Assembly: GCA_024704765.1 (NCBI GenBank)
Contig: JAKMXF010000299.1
Location: 1,002,556-1,066,555, forward strand
Direction of reading: 5' to 3'
Length of the DNA: 64,000 nucleotides
Source: Oopsacas minuta
Lineage: Eukaryota; Animalia; Porifera
Part shown: in pieces, positions 14,239-27,400 of the stretch
Layout of the letters: the number at the start of each line of letters is the position of its first letter
Numbering within the stretch: position 1 is the stretch's first letter
Translations under genes and position numbers: made by a program
Notes under the pieces: model-generated
Databases searched by the model: none
What the model was told of the DNA's origin: nothing
What the model saw: only the letters and a program-made list of their open reading frames with translations

Positions 14239-14639
14239 TATTCCTCGCTCCGCTCGGATTTCAAATCCATCAACAATATATTTACAATATACTAAGATTA
14301 TCCAGTCCAAAAATGTTCAATTCTTTTGCAATAATTATCAGTTGACTAAATAATATTCATATAAGGGAATACTGGAGGAGATTTTATCGGTACAAATTCA
14401 AGAGTGTCAAATTCGGAATCAGCGTATGAATTACCCCCTTTGGCTGTTTAGACAATCTTCTACGATTATTCAAAGGTCATATATTCGGGGAAATACATGT
14501 CTTTTTCATTATCCATGGTTAATTTGAGAAATGTTTTATTCATAAATATAAATATAAATAATTAAACCTACCGTTAAATTTAGATGATCAATGAATGCAT
14601 CTTATATGCAGCATTAGAAGTATCTATTGTTTAAGTAAT

Positions 14640-15060
14640 TAATATTTAACATCTAAGAACAATAAAATTATTACCGATGACATATTGCTATATAATGAAT
14701 ATTTTTCATTTACTTTTGACAAAAAAACTATAACTACTATAAAATTCTAGAAGAATACGAAGGTGTAGAATTTTTTCTCTTTCGAAAGGTGTGAAACTTT
14801 TGGCACCCTTCCATTCATAATTTTTGCTAGAGGCCAGATAAAAGTTTGGCCACTGTGAAATAGTGGCACTTGATGTCCGATTGATTAGCAAAGGGGAGAA
14901 TCACAACCGACGAATATCTTTACTATTCCTCATACCATATATCACCACAATTCTATCCAGTTTTGGCTGCAGAGCTTTCAGGGAGAAAAAATAGCAAAAA
15001 AAATACAAGTACTCATCTCAATATTAGGCCACTATACTAAAGTATAGTCGGCACAGAAAA
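14640..15060 (-). repeat. Interspersed repeat, inverted copy of 44357-44755, with 37-bp subterminal palindrome
   Basis: Colinear reverse-complement similarity to 44357-44755 over about 400 bp. Palindrome at 15022-15058. Confidence 0.75.
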
Positions 15061-17659
15061 AATACATAGTTTGGGACCTCATTTCTATAGGCCATAATTT
15101 CCCAACGTGATCGACATTAAGGGACGCCAAGCCTCACCGGCATAAAAATGTGAATATTTTAAAGGAAACAGATTGAAACCACATGAACGAATCGGGTAAA
15201 CAGTTAAAACTCAATATACTATAGTTTTTTAATTCTCCATATGTAAAACATAAGTTTAGAAGTTTACCAAGCATGTTGCAAAATATTTTATTATTCGAAT
15301 TGATTGTGAAATAATCAGTGCAACAATCTAATATTCCTTGGGCAAACAGAGAAAATCTGGAAATTTGTAACGTCATAAATCAGAACCACTTTAGTGATTG
15401 TTCTGAAATTTTCAAAGAAATAAAGACATATAATAACTTGCTCTTTTCAGACAAATTGGTTCATGGTAGTGAAAAATGGCTGGTTGAGTTGACATGGAAT
15501 CCGTATATGTGATTTACCACTATACTCGATGTCGCTGAATCCAATATCTACTGTATCTGTACTTAGAATATTTTCGTTTTCTCCTATTACTACTATTCAT
15601 ACTGGACAAACAACAAACACTCATACAACAATTAATTTTGATTAATCTATATACATACAGTGGCGTCGTGTCGCTTTGAAATCTGCAGGGGGCACAAATC
15701 CAATTTGGTGGGAATCAAGGGGTAGGTCAGGGTCTATGGGCTCCATAAACCAGCAAAAGGTCCAGGAGCGAAATACATCGCAAGAAAAATGTGTTGGTCT
15801 GCTACTGGGGCAGAATGTTGATATTTTTCTAGTCACTTTGAGTAGGGATTTGGAAGCTTGGAGAATAATGGGGGATCTGGGCCACCTGTCACATATAGCA
15901 CAAGGTCACTGGATATACAGAATACATAAAAGTATAACTCAGATAGACGTACCCTTCGGCAAACGTAATTTTACTTATGCGAATATGCTTTCTATATAAT
16001 TAGTACAAGAACCGAAAACACATTTGGAAAAAGTTATGTGCTAACCGAAAGCACCTCTTAATCCGAGTACGTACTAACCGAGCCCTATCGTACACATATA
16101 CAGATTAACTGTGAAGTAATAGTATAGATGTACTAAGCCTTGATCATGAGTAAAGCTGGAAGGTATTTGCTTGCTAACTTTAATTTACCTCCAAAATTAA
16201 GGTAGGAATAGCCAGTAAATCCCTGTCAGATATATCTCATTCAACACCATTCAAGCGCGACAAATCCCTACAAGAAGTGGTACTGTGAGATTTTTACAGT
16301 ACTCAAAGTTGTGGAGCAATGCCGCATCAGTTTTTAGATATGGTCCTGCAATTCCGAAAAATTCAAATGCTAACGCAGGAATAAAATTTACAACCTGTCT
16401 ACATTGTGTACAGTTATATACTTACAGATAAAGAATCAAAAATTGTTAACGAAATACGTAAGTATATTTGTCGAACAGATAGAGGTGGTTTAACTGAGCA
16501 AGCAATCCTTCAAAGTGGTATGGCATTAGGTGTACAGAGTAAGCAGTCCCTGCCTTATATCGCTCCAACACACCCAGAACTACGACTATCAGGTAGTAAG
16601 AGATATACACAACACGCAAAGGTATTCCTGACACTAATCTAGTGTAAAATTCTGAACTCCACTTAAAAGTGTAATAAAATGGAATAATACTTCAATTACA
16701 AGCAATACTGCCACTAATCTAGAAATAATATCACCAGGCAAGCATAAATAAAGGTCTAATGAGCATAATCGACCCACTGAGCATACTCATTACAATGAAC
16801 ATGCGATAAAAATCTTTAATAGATGAGTCACTTTTATGTAGAGTCAATGTATATCATAACATCTGTATGATACGTTTATTGGAGCTAAAATTGTTACAGA
16901 TGTGAACAAATGGGATTAGATGACTCTTTGAGGGTTTAGGTTTGAATCTTTTTATAGGGGGTAAACATCCCGAACATGGCCGTCCCTGAAGAGGAAATGC
17001 ATCCCACAACCATTATCGACAAGAAACATCGTTTCTTTACGATCTATTGTATTTAAAGGATCATTAACTCGCCAAGGATACTACTACCCCATTATTGTTT
17101 AGAAAATCTGCATTTGTTCCATGTGTGCTTGTTATTTGAAATTCCCACATTTTGTATATTTCTTGTGAAAGTTTTCGATCGCTCGAGAAGCTCGCTCGTA
17201 ATTTTAAAATTGAGGCTAATAGAGATAAAAATAGAGATTCTAGAACAGATGCAAATGTAGGAATATTTTTGTGAAGTTCTACCTAAGGAATAATAATAGT
17301 CTATTTCTTGTAATATTGACATGTAATGATCTGAATTTTGGATTATGAATATGGGATGCAGTATTTATAATATACTTTGTTAAAGAATGATCACTATATT
17401 ATGCATCATTACGACACTGAATAATTGCCGGGAACAATTAGATAAGATAATGAAGGCATACTTTCCAATTTTTTTGTAATTTACTTCCCTGTATGAGGGA
17501 AAATATTTAACATTTGCATTTCTCGAGTTCTTAAAACTGTAATTTTTTTGCTCGCTCGTTAAGTTTGCTCATATTTTGTAATTCGATATCCAAAGACCAA
17601 AAGGAAGCCACTATGAATATCCAATTAACCCCCCCTCTTCCAAATCCTAGATCCGCCAA

Positions 17660-18280
17660 GGGTCTTCCGACACTGATCTCGATAGATGGACGGAACAACT
17701 TTGATATTAGTCATTGGCAACGCCTCTTTAAATGCATTAATTGATGCTCTCTTCAAATCAATTAGTGGATAATATGGATTAACATCATGACACATCTGTT
17801 TATCTTTAGCAGCCTTTCCATGTAATAGATAGTACTCTTTCCAGGTCGAGGTATATAAATCGATGGCAGTAGGTGTCCATCACGAATGGATACATTCCTC
17901 CTACAAGAGCCTGTGCTGGATAAAACGTATGAATGCGGCAGTATATAGGTATTTCAAAATTATGTTTACGTGTCATTCGTGTGTGCTTATTACTATAAGA
18001 GACTAATAGTCACTTCAGTAATAAGCATACACATACAAATCTTACAAGGGAACAATAATCTATGTACAGGTACCCGCCATTGCGCTTCAGCACTGTAATC
18101 AAATGTACAATTTATTATTTCCATAGTATGAAGAACTCCCAGTACAGTTTGATGTTTTAAATCAAACTTTGGGTTTTGGTATAGGTAGATATGGGCATAG
18201 CACCCACAGATATTAGTACCTTGGGATATCTTAAGTGGTGAATCCGTCACTGGATCAACAGGATCTATTGCAGTCAATGG
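17660..18280 (-). pseudogene. Possible decayed intron-containing gene with BTB-like motifs
   Basis: ORF 17993-18277 joined across a 53-nt GT..AG intron continues in one frame: VPVHRLLFP..ILKYLYTAAF..WKEYYLLHGK..YPLIDLKRASINAFKEALP, with 3 stops. The BTB resemblance (VHR, LKYLYT) is weak. Confidence 0.3.
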
Positions 18281-21228
18281 GAAATTAGTATAGGAGGTTC
18301 TCGGGTGAAAAATGTTGGGGACCGCTGTTTTAGCATATTTGATATATTTAGTCAGTTTCTATGAATATATTTACTTCATTGGTAAACATGATAAATGTAT
18401 ATTATGAATAAACTAATATAATACATTCAATACATATTATTAATATACGCTAAATCCCAAAAAACTAAATATGAGGGACTAATAAGCCCCTAAGCCATGT
18501 CATGAGAATTTCGCCTATGGCGCAATCAAATCAGAAACATTGTGACTAAATCATTCCAGACACATGTGTAGAATCCATGATATGAGCATGAAACAGAGTT
18601 GGAATAGGGTCCACAGTTTCTTAGATATTCCTACCAGAAAAACTCGAGCCCAATTTCATCTTTATCGTGAGAGATAATTGGTGAAATAATGCGAGTATTT
18701 ACGCAAATTTTGAGATTTTACGAATTTGTTTACTTTATATTCATAAAAACAACAATATATGTACTATGCGAAATTTGAATATGCAAAATCAGGAGGAAGA
18801 AATTATGTTCTTTCACTATACCGTAACATTAAATTACTGATATTGACATTTTGAAAATTTGATTGGAGATGTATTGGGAGGGTGCTCCCAAGAAACTCTA
18901 TAACTTTATGCTACAACTTCAACAGTTAAGTATTAATTTATTCCTTAATACCCAAATTTCTACATTTAAGCTGTTTAATTGATAATAAGCTATTTTTAAT
19001 TTCTGAACGATATTTATAACACACAGACTAAACAAATTACAAAATACAGACACAGACAAAAAAACATTTGTTGTGATGGGGTATTTGTTGGCGGCGGCGA
19101 AGGCGGCGCTGGCGTTCTTGCCTCCTTTTCATAGCCCTCTTTTGGGCTCCCATTTTCGTACCAAATTGAAATAAATGGTGAACGGTTGATTTATATAGAT
19201 GTAATAACAATGTGAACTTTATATTTTGATCTTTTCGGAAGTTTTGAATATTTCGATTAACAATGGATCGCCATGGCCACTACTCCCAGGTCCACCAGAT
19301 CTCGACCACCTCTTCCCCTCTCTCAGACATATGTTAATTATTAGTATTCACAAGCAAGCTACACTTACTTGCGTTGCACGGCAAGCGAACACTTTGTGTT
19401 CGTGGGGGCACCCTTCGGGTGTCCACTGTATTCTTTTATATTTACTATTGAACATGCATATCAACCATTTACATTTCTCATTAAAGGATTACATTGATCA
19501 CAAATTAATCGTTAATTCCACATAATATAATTAGGTAAACGTTTATGGAATTGATCAATAATTTTCTATATGTATATCATACCATTTGAATTACACTATA
19601 AGCGGTCATATAAGTTCTAAGTACCGTAATTAAATTCACAAACCTAGATACAGGTTTTATAAATTGAATTATTTTGTAAAATAGGAACAATTAGTTAATT
19701 TTTGCAATTTAATTCATCGTTGTTAGAGCCTAAATCTAATAATACATTATTTTCCTTATTCGTAACTCTCATAGCTGATAGGTCAAGACAATAAAATATT
19801 TCTGACAGTTTTTGATATATCGCTTTAATCTAGATTGTTATAGATAACCACATTCCACCTACATATCACATATTTAGTTTATATCTTCTATTATCCATGA
19901 GTTGCGAAAATTTCGAAATAGTCCATAATTTCAATTAAAATTTAGATGGCTAATAATGTATCCTATATATCAATTTGGGTTCTACTGAAAGTCTGTTGAG
20001 TGGATTGTAATAAGATTTCCTCAGTAGTCTATTAGAAAATAATATATATTATAAATACCAAAATGAATTTACTAAGTTCATATTAAGAATGTAACTTATC
20101 GTTTTGAGGGCATTTCAAAGTATGTCTGCTTCCTTTAGCAATCAGTTTGTAGAGCAAATTACATCAATGTTAGTGTGAGTATGTTGGAGTAATTGTTATA
20201 TAGATACTAAGGTGAAATATATGTACAATTATACCTTCTGTTTGTAGATTGGAGTTTTGTAAGTTTCGTTTTATCAAATTATAATCTAAGGAAGGTACGT
20301 ACCAAAAATATTATAATATGTTCTTCATCAGTAGTTTACATATTTGTTTTCGTTGATCACTCGTGCGTTTACTACGTATGAGATTTATAATTAAACATTC
20401 ATTTGATCCAAATTACGTTGTTGAAGTTGGATGAGTATCCTTTAGGTGACAAAAATTGGTGCACATTGGGAGATAACAGGAATACTGTTTTTCTCAACCG
20501 CAGGTACCAAAATTATCAACATAATCAGATTCCAAAACATACTACATAAAATATAATGGATCGAATTGAAACAGTCCTGTACTGTTATGGAGCTGATGTA
20601 ATATAACACCCGCCTAGGGTTGCCAGACGTCCGGGTTTGGAGCCATTTGTCCGGGTTTGGAGGATTTTGACTTCTTATGATTTTTTAAATTAGGTTCCTA
20701 GTTACTAGTTATCGTACGTATAGTACACATGGTTCAGTATTCCTTGTCTGACAACTCAGATCTATAGTAATCTAAAAATATTTATATGGAATTGAAATAT
20801 GATTTTCTAGTTTCTACTGTCTAGTTAATTATTATTCATCCATGAATTTGGTATTACTTGGATTTATACAAATAACTGCCTCAGATCCATATAGTATTTC
20901 AAATATTGTATACTACTGTCTACTCGAGGATATCTAATATGCGGTCCCGTTTATTCCGACTCCCCCGCTTTGCCATCTTCCCCACTTATTCTGTACCCTG
21001 AGTAAGCTAGTTTAGTTACGCACTATATTTGATGTGTTTGGTTTCATACAAATTATAATTTTCAAGTTTCGTCTTCTGAGAATTCAGTTTCCTCCCTAGA
21101 CTAATAGACTACATCTTAATAATATATCTTGATTGTTTATCTAAGTATTTTTAATATTGATATACATTTAGTATTTAGATTGCATTTCTATACGCATTTG
21201 TATTCTACACTCACTGTAATTTGGAAAA

Positions 21229-22830
21229 ATGAATAAAACAAAGCCTAAAAAAGCAAGAAGAGAGTGTTCATTTAATATTCAATGGCTTACCAATCCCTCT
21301 AATAGCGGTTGGTTATCAAAGGTTAATTTCAACACTGCAAGATGTACTGTTTGCAATGTTTCTTTTACTGTCAAGTATGATGGGATCAAGGCTATAACTG
21401 CACATCGCAATAGCGAAAAGCATAATGTCCTCATTCAGTCAGGTATTGCTTCTTGTGCTATGTCAAGTTTTTTTACTGCGGAAAACAGTCCCGAGGAAGA
21501 TTTGATAATATCAGCTGAGCTAACTATGATATACCATGGAGTATGGAGTGATGCATCACCATAGTTATTTATCAATGGATTGTTGTATGAAGATATTACC
21601 TGGTGCATTTCCTGACTCTAAAATCGCTAAGAAGATCCACTGTGATAGAACTAAATCCGAGGCATTAATTGCTAATGTTTTATGTCCTCACTCTATAGAA
21701 GTGGTCACTAATAAATTGAATATTCCAAAGAACATATTTTACTCAATTTCTATCGACGTCTCTAACAAAGGAATCTAAAGCATTATCCTCTTGCTATACG
21801 TTATTTTTCAAAATCATTTGGGACTAAAAATCGAGTTGTTGACTTTTATGTCTGCTCTGAAGAAACTTCCGATTCTATTTCTAGTAATATACTTGCAAGA
21901 CTTGAACATAATCAAATGAATATACAGTATTTAGTAAGTTATGGCGCTGATAATGCAGCAGTAAATTATGGAAACATGATCCAGTTTTTACCAATCTTTG
22001 ACAATAATGCCCAAAGCTTATTTCTTCTAACTGTTACTGCCATGTTATACATAATAGCGCACGTTTTGGATGTAAGGTTTTAACCCGTGATATAGAGTTG
22101 CTCGTAATGAAATATTCAATGAGTTTTCTATATCAGCAAAAAGAGTGAAAGAGCTCAAGTCTTGCTTCGATGCACTACTCAATCACCTGAGGTATACAAC
22201 ATAATGTGCAGGTTGAGATCTAATCTGAAAGATAGACTTCGAGATGGTTTTTATGGGTTCAAAGTTAATCAGTGTTGCCCTAAACTTCAAGCACGAGAGC
22301 AAGTTAGGTTTAAAGATGAAGCTAATCATGTTTTCCAAAGGATTATTTCATACGTTGACAAGTGGTTTGATTACGAAGGGAGCATTCAGAAACACATCAA
22401 AATATTGAATTTAAACAGGGAAGAAATTACCCTTGATGATCTCACTAAAATTGCTTCTCACTTCCAAATCAAGATCAATGGTGATGATATATATAATGAA
22501 TTTTGTTGGGTAAGAGAATGGAGGGTTAAACAAAGAGAAAATCTCTTAACCGTCGATGAGCAGTGTGTAGCATTTTTTTTCCTATGCAAATAGTCCAAAT
22601 TTATTAAGTTTGGTTGAATTTGCTCTAGCATTGCCAGTGAGCAATGGGTATGTTAAAAGAATTTTTAGCCTAATGAAAAATCTTTGGACTGATGAAAGGA
22701 ATCGATTAGGTATAGAAATGGTTAAAGCAGAACCTTGCGTCAAGTTGAACTATTCTTTATCATGCAAAGACCTCTATAATTTTATTAGACAAGAGAAACG
22801 GTCCTGAAAATCGCCAAATCAAGTGATAAG
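21229..22830 (+). pseudogene. hAT transposase pseudogene with N-terminal TTF/BED-like Zn finger
   Basis: WL..ARCTVCNVSF..AHRNSEKH, SISIDVSNKG, and C-terminal LALPVSNGYVKRIFSLMKNLWTDERNRL (hATC). Frameshifts present. Confidence 0.88.
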
Positions 22831-22865
22831 TATTTTTCTTAATGATATACAATCAATGTATAGTA

Positions 22866-24422
22866 TAGTATGTCCCACAATTATTGGCATTGATTTTAAC
22901 TATCGATTACTTCTACCCTGTAAAATATTTATTATTTTGAACTTTATTATATCAATATACNNNNNNNNNNNNNNNNNNNNNNNNNNNNNNNNNNNNNNNN
23001 NNNNNNNNNNNNNNNNNNNNNNNNNNNNNNNNNNNNNNNNNNNNNNNNNNNNNNNNNNNNNNNNNNNNNNNNNNNNNNNNNNNNNNNNNNNNNNNNNNNN
23101 NNNNNNNNNNNNNNNNNNNNNNNNNNNNNNNNNNNNNNNNNNNNNNNNNNNNNNNNNNNNNNNNNNNNNNNNNNNNNNNNNNNNNNNNNNNNNNNNNNNN
23201 NNNNNNNNNNNNNNNNNNNNNNNNNNNNNNNNNNNNNNNNNNNNNNNNNNNNNNNNNNNNNNNNNNNNNNNNNNNNNNNNNNNNNNNNNNNNNNNNNNNN
23301 NNNNNNNNNNNNNNNNNNNNNNNNNNNNNNNNNNNNNNNNNNNNNNNNNNNNNNNNNNNNNNNNNNNNNNNNNNNNNNNNNNNNNNNNNNNNNNNNNNNN
23401 NNNNNNNNNNNNNNNNNNNNNNNNNNNNNNNNNNNNNNNNNNNNNNNNNNNNNNNNNNNNNNNNNNNNNNNNNNNNNNNNNNNNNNNNNNNNNNNNNNNN
23501 NNNNNNNNNNNNNNNNNNNNNNNNNNNNNNNNNNNNNNNNNNNNNNNNNNNNNNNNNNNNNNNNNNNNNNNNNNNNNNNNNNNNNNNNNNNNNNNNNNNN
23601 NNNNNNNNNNNNNNNNNNNNNNNNNNNNNNNNNNNNNNNNNNNNNNNNNNNNNNNNNNNNNNNNNNNNNNNNNNNNNNNNNNNNNNNNNNNNNNNNNNNN
23701 NNNNNNNNNNNNNNNNNNNNNNNNNNNNNNNNNNNNNNNNNNNNNNNNNNNNNNNNNNNNNNNNNNNNNNNNNNNNNNNNNNNNNNNNNNNNNNNNNNNN
23801 NNNNNNNNNNNNNNNNNNNNNNNNNNNNNNNNNNAATTCGAATCACAGGGGATTTTACGAAATTTTGTCTTTTAAGGTGACGATATACAGTACTTTTCCC
23901 GACATTCGATTGCAATCTGGTAATCAACTGTCGTACAGACATCCTTGCATTCGATTTTAATAGAATGGATATCCTTCTCTTGTCGTTTGGTGGAATTTTC
24001 GTTGGTGGACCAGCTCCCTTTTTGTGAAAAGACATTTGTCTTTTTTATCAGCGCAATAACTCGAAACACAGTTCTGACGGGAACACCAATACGCGAGGAT
24101 ATGTCTTTAGCGTTGGTAATTCCCGCATTGTAAAGGGTTTGAATTTCCATTCGACGTTGTTGTTGGGTTTTCAGACCAGCCATGAATAATATCACAATAA
24201 TAGAATGATAGCAAAAATACAACATAATTTGTGAAAAGAATTGTGAAATCTCTAATGGGTAGTTGAAATCAAGGGAGTCTAAACAAAATCAATAATATAT
24301 TGTATGTTTCTAATATATTCTACTGTACATTTCGAACTGGATTACTAAAATATCAAAGAATGGTTGGATAATGTTAATTGATAACAAATCGAGATTACTG
24401 CCAATAATTATGGGACGAACTA
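22866..24422 (-). mobile_element. Tc1/IS630-like transposon nested in the hAT, spanning the N gap
   Basis: 24-bp TIR TAGT(AT/TC)GTCCCA(C/T)AATTATTGGCA (21/24) with TA flanks. HTH N-terminus from ATG 24183 (..IGVPVRTVFRVI..KGAGPP..GKSTVYRHLK). The catalytic domain would fall in the gap. Confidence 0.8.
22961..23834. other. Assembly gap (874 N)
   Basis: Run of N. Confidence 1.
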
Positions 24423-27400
24423 TATTTGTAACTTCCATAGTTAGCAATGATGTGTTTTAATTGATCTGATATATACAGTGAAACCTGCATAATCCGACAC
24501 AGGTTGTGACATGAAAATATGTGTGGATTAGTTAAAGGATTATTCGGTGAATTTCAATTTAAAAATCCTATCCCTTAAAATTTTGTGTCGAATAGGAAGC
24601 AAATCTGGTTAATATTGGAGACAAAAATTATGTCCAGGTTTGGTCTTATGAAAATCTGGCAACCCTACACCCACCTCCTGACCGCCTTACACAGGGTTGC
24701 ATTCTGTTGGGATCAGTAATTTGTCGTGCATGAATGCGCTGCCAATTCTCCAATGATGAGGATCATCATGCGTAGCATTGATGACTAATACATTTATTTG
24801 AGCTAGAGCTCCTAAAATAGCTAATTCTACGGTAGTTCCCCATTTGTCCTGCAATTTAATGGAGTCCAAATTGTCATAGAATTCCTGCTCTAACGTAATT
24901 GCGACATCTGCATTACGTTTAGTATATTTTCTTGGTTTGCACAAATTTTACCAAGTAAATTAGTTTTCAATTGGTTATACAATATTTCTGTCCCGAAATA
25001 ATATGAGAGAGGGCTCGGTATAAGCAATTACCATCACATATTACTGGATATAAGTTAATATTTTGTCCAAAAAACTGTGATAACCTTAGATTCAGCGACA
25101 CATAGTACTCTTGTAGACTGCTATTTCTAATGTGAGTTTCACATGTTCTAGCAGATAATATTTCTCTACAATTTATGTCTATACTTTGTAGGAATTGCAT
25201 TCGCATGGATGTGATAAAGCTATTAACAGACTCTGAAAGAGAAACTGGGTCAATATCTACTGAGTTGCCATCTGCTCTGGGTTAGAGAAGCTAGTATGTT
25301 AATGATAAATCCATCAAAGAAGCGTCAGTTATGTCCTGGAGGGATGGGTAGATATTACCAAGATAATTTTGGAATACATCTCTATAAACTACGTTTCTAA
25401 CCCGTACACCTCCTGATGGGGAGTAGTCACGCCCACATGCCATAACCTTCAAACCTCTAGGGTTCTGTACTCTACTCAATGCTACGTATAATTGCCTGTG
25501 ACTGAAAATAGCGTGGAAATATTCCTACAGATTCCAAACTCTGACCCTGCCCTTTATTAATGGTGATACAGAAGGCAGGGCGAATAGGGAATTGCATCCT
25601 TTCGAGGATAAAAGGGAATTCTGTCTAGGAAGGCATCATCATTATGCGAAGGATAAACACTCGTTTACCGCAATGTACGTCTGTGCCAATTTCTGAGTCA
25701 ATGATATGGTTTAAGAATGGTCTCATAGTCTAGCGAGAACCATTGCACATGCCTTGCGTAGGATCGAGGCTACGCAGTAATATTATAGAAGAATTAACCT
25801 TATGGTTAAGTCGGTGCGGAGGCAAGCTAGATGGTATAATGGAATTTAGGAATTCAGTTGGAAATAAACTTGCCTGATCCTGCTTTACTGAGTCCCCACT
25901 CAACAATACATGTGTATCTCCAGGGAGTTGGTTCATAACATAATGGGTGATGTATTCAGTTGTTTCGTTTTTGGGGGACATCATAATATGTGAGTAATAC
26001 AATCACGATCATTATATTTTTCCTTACTATATCCATAAATATTCGCGACCAAGTCTCCAATTGTTTCACCACGTACTATATCTTAGCATCTAGGTAAATC
26101 ATGTTAGATTCGTTCTCAGGTTCAGTGCCTTCACCTACTCGGAGTAAGAAGTCTGAGAAATTGCTTACTTCTACTGAGTCATGTTGGTCTAAACTCTGTA
26201 GGCGCATGTTTATAGTCAACTTCATCACTTTTATATGATCCCAGAGTGGTGATCTATTGATACAGGCTCATACTACCTGTGCTCTGGTACTATGTCGAAT
26301 TACAGGGAGGATCTGGTGGAAATCCCCTCCAAATGGTAGCTCACAGGAACAAATATCTCTCGAACTACGATTTATACACTCGGCTGCATATCTGTGTACC
26401 ATTGGAGCTTCATCCCAGACTATTAGCTTCGCACTTTGTATCAGTTTTGCTAGTGCGCTCTGTTTGGGGATGTTACAAACTGATAGGTCATTTAAGGGAA
26501 TTGGACCTTCAATCTAGAATGAACTGTCCTTCCACCAGTAAGCAGAAGGGCTGCTATGCCTGATGAAGCCATAGCTAATGCGATATGTCCTTCTCATCTC
26601 ACTTTAGCTAATAGAGTGTTGTACAGAAATGTCTTTCCATTACCTCCTGATCCATCAATGAAGAAAGCTCTCTGTTCAACACCCGTATCAGTTATTGTCT
26701 CAATTATGCAATTATATATTTCATACTGATCAGAGTTCAGTACAGGAATATTAGTCTCTGCGATGAAAGCTTGGTGGTGCACATCAAACTCTAATTCATC
26801 TTGAAAAAAATTAGGTTAATCATGTGGACTACTGTTATGTAAGGGCAGTGGCATCCCTCCAAAGTCACACGGAGACTTTCCCTGCTTTGCAAGTCGGTAC
26901 TCAATATTTAACAACGCACTGTTCAAGATATGGTCATCCAATTCAGTAGTAGGAGAAATAATTCTAGCTGAGAAAATAAAGTCTTCAGCCAAAGACGCCT
27001 ATGTTCATTCCACAAAACTAATGGGTCAGCTGGTTCGTTAAACATAAGTAGTGTGAACAGAGTTGACGTAGTTCTGATGGCATAGAATATGAAGCATCGT
27101 ATGTCAAACAATCATCACACTCTTGGTCATCTTCTAACAGACCTCGTCTGCGAGCTGCTTCCTTGTAGGTATTGCAAATAGTATCATCAGGGAATGTTCG
27201 GATATCCTTGTAACTGCGACATCCAGTTACATGGTGTAGGTGGATTCTCAGGTAGAAACGGTCCCCTTCACTCGGATGGGCTGAACATACTCGACCAATC
27301 ATGGTCCCATGTCACTTTTTCATTTCTTTCCACTCATATGAGGATGTATCTCACACAAACATATCAAGGAATTTGCCGTAAGTAATATTTCTGGCACTAA

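Larger units (their letters stand above)
20615..24667 (+). mobile_element. hAT transposon inserted in the Helitron OTU domain
   Basis: Perfect 13-bp TIR TAGGGTTGCCAGA (20615-20627, 24655-24667). 8-bp TSD CACCCGCC / CACCCACC (7/8). Subterminal TGTCC(G/A)GGTTTGG at both ends. Confidence 0.9.

Noticed and set aside
15640-16900. Possible multi-exon host gene (short GT-AG introns, hydrophobic frames)
   Set aside because: Plausible splicing can be drawn on either strand, every model hits stops, and no protein family was recognised.
22823-24035. Long ORFs of 350 and 362 aa
   Set aside because: Artefacts of translating through the N gap; only the Tc1 N-terminus is real.
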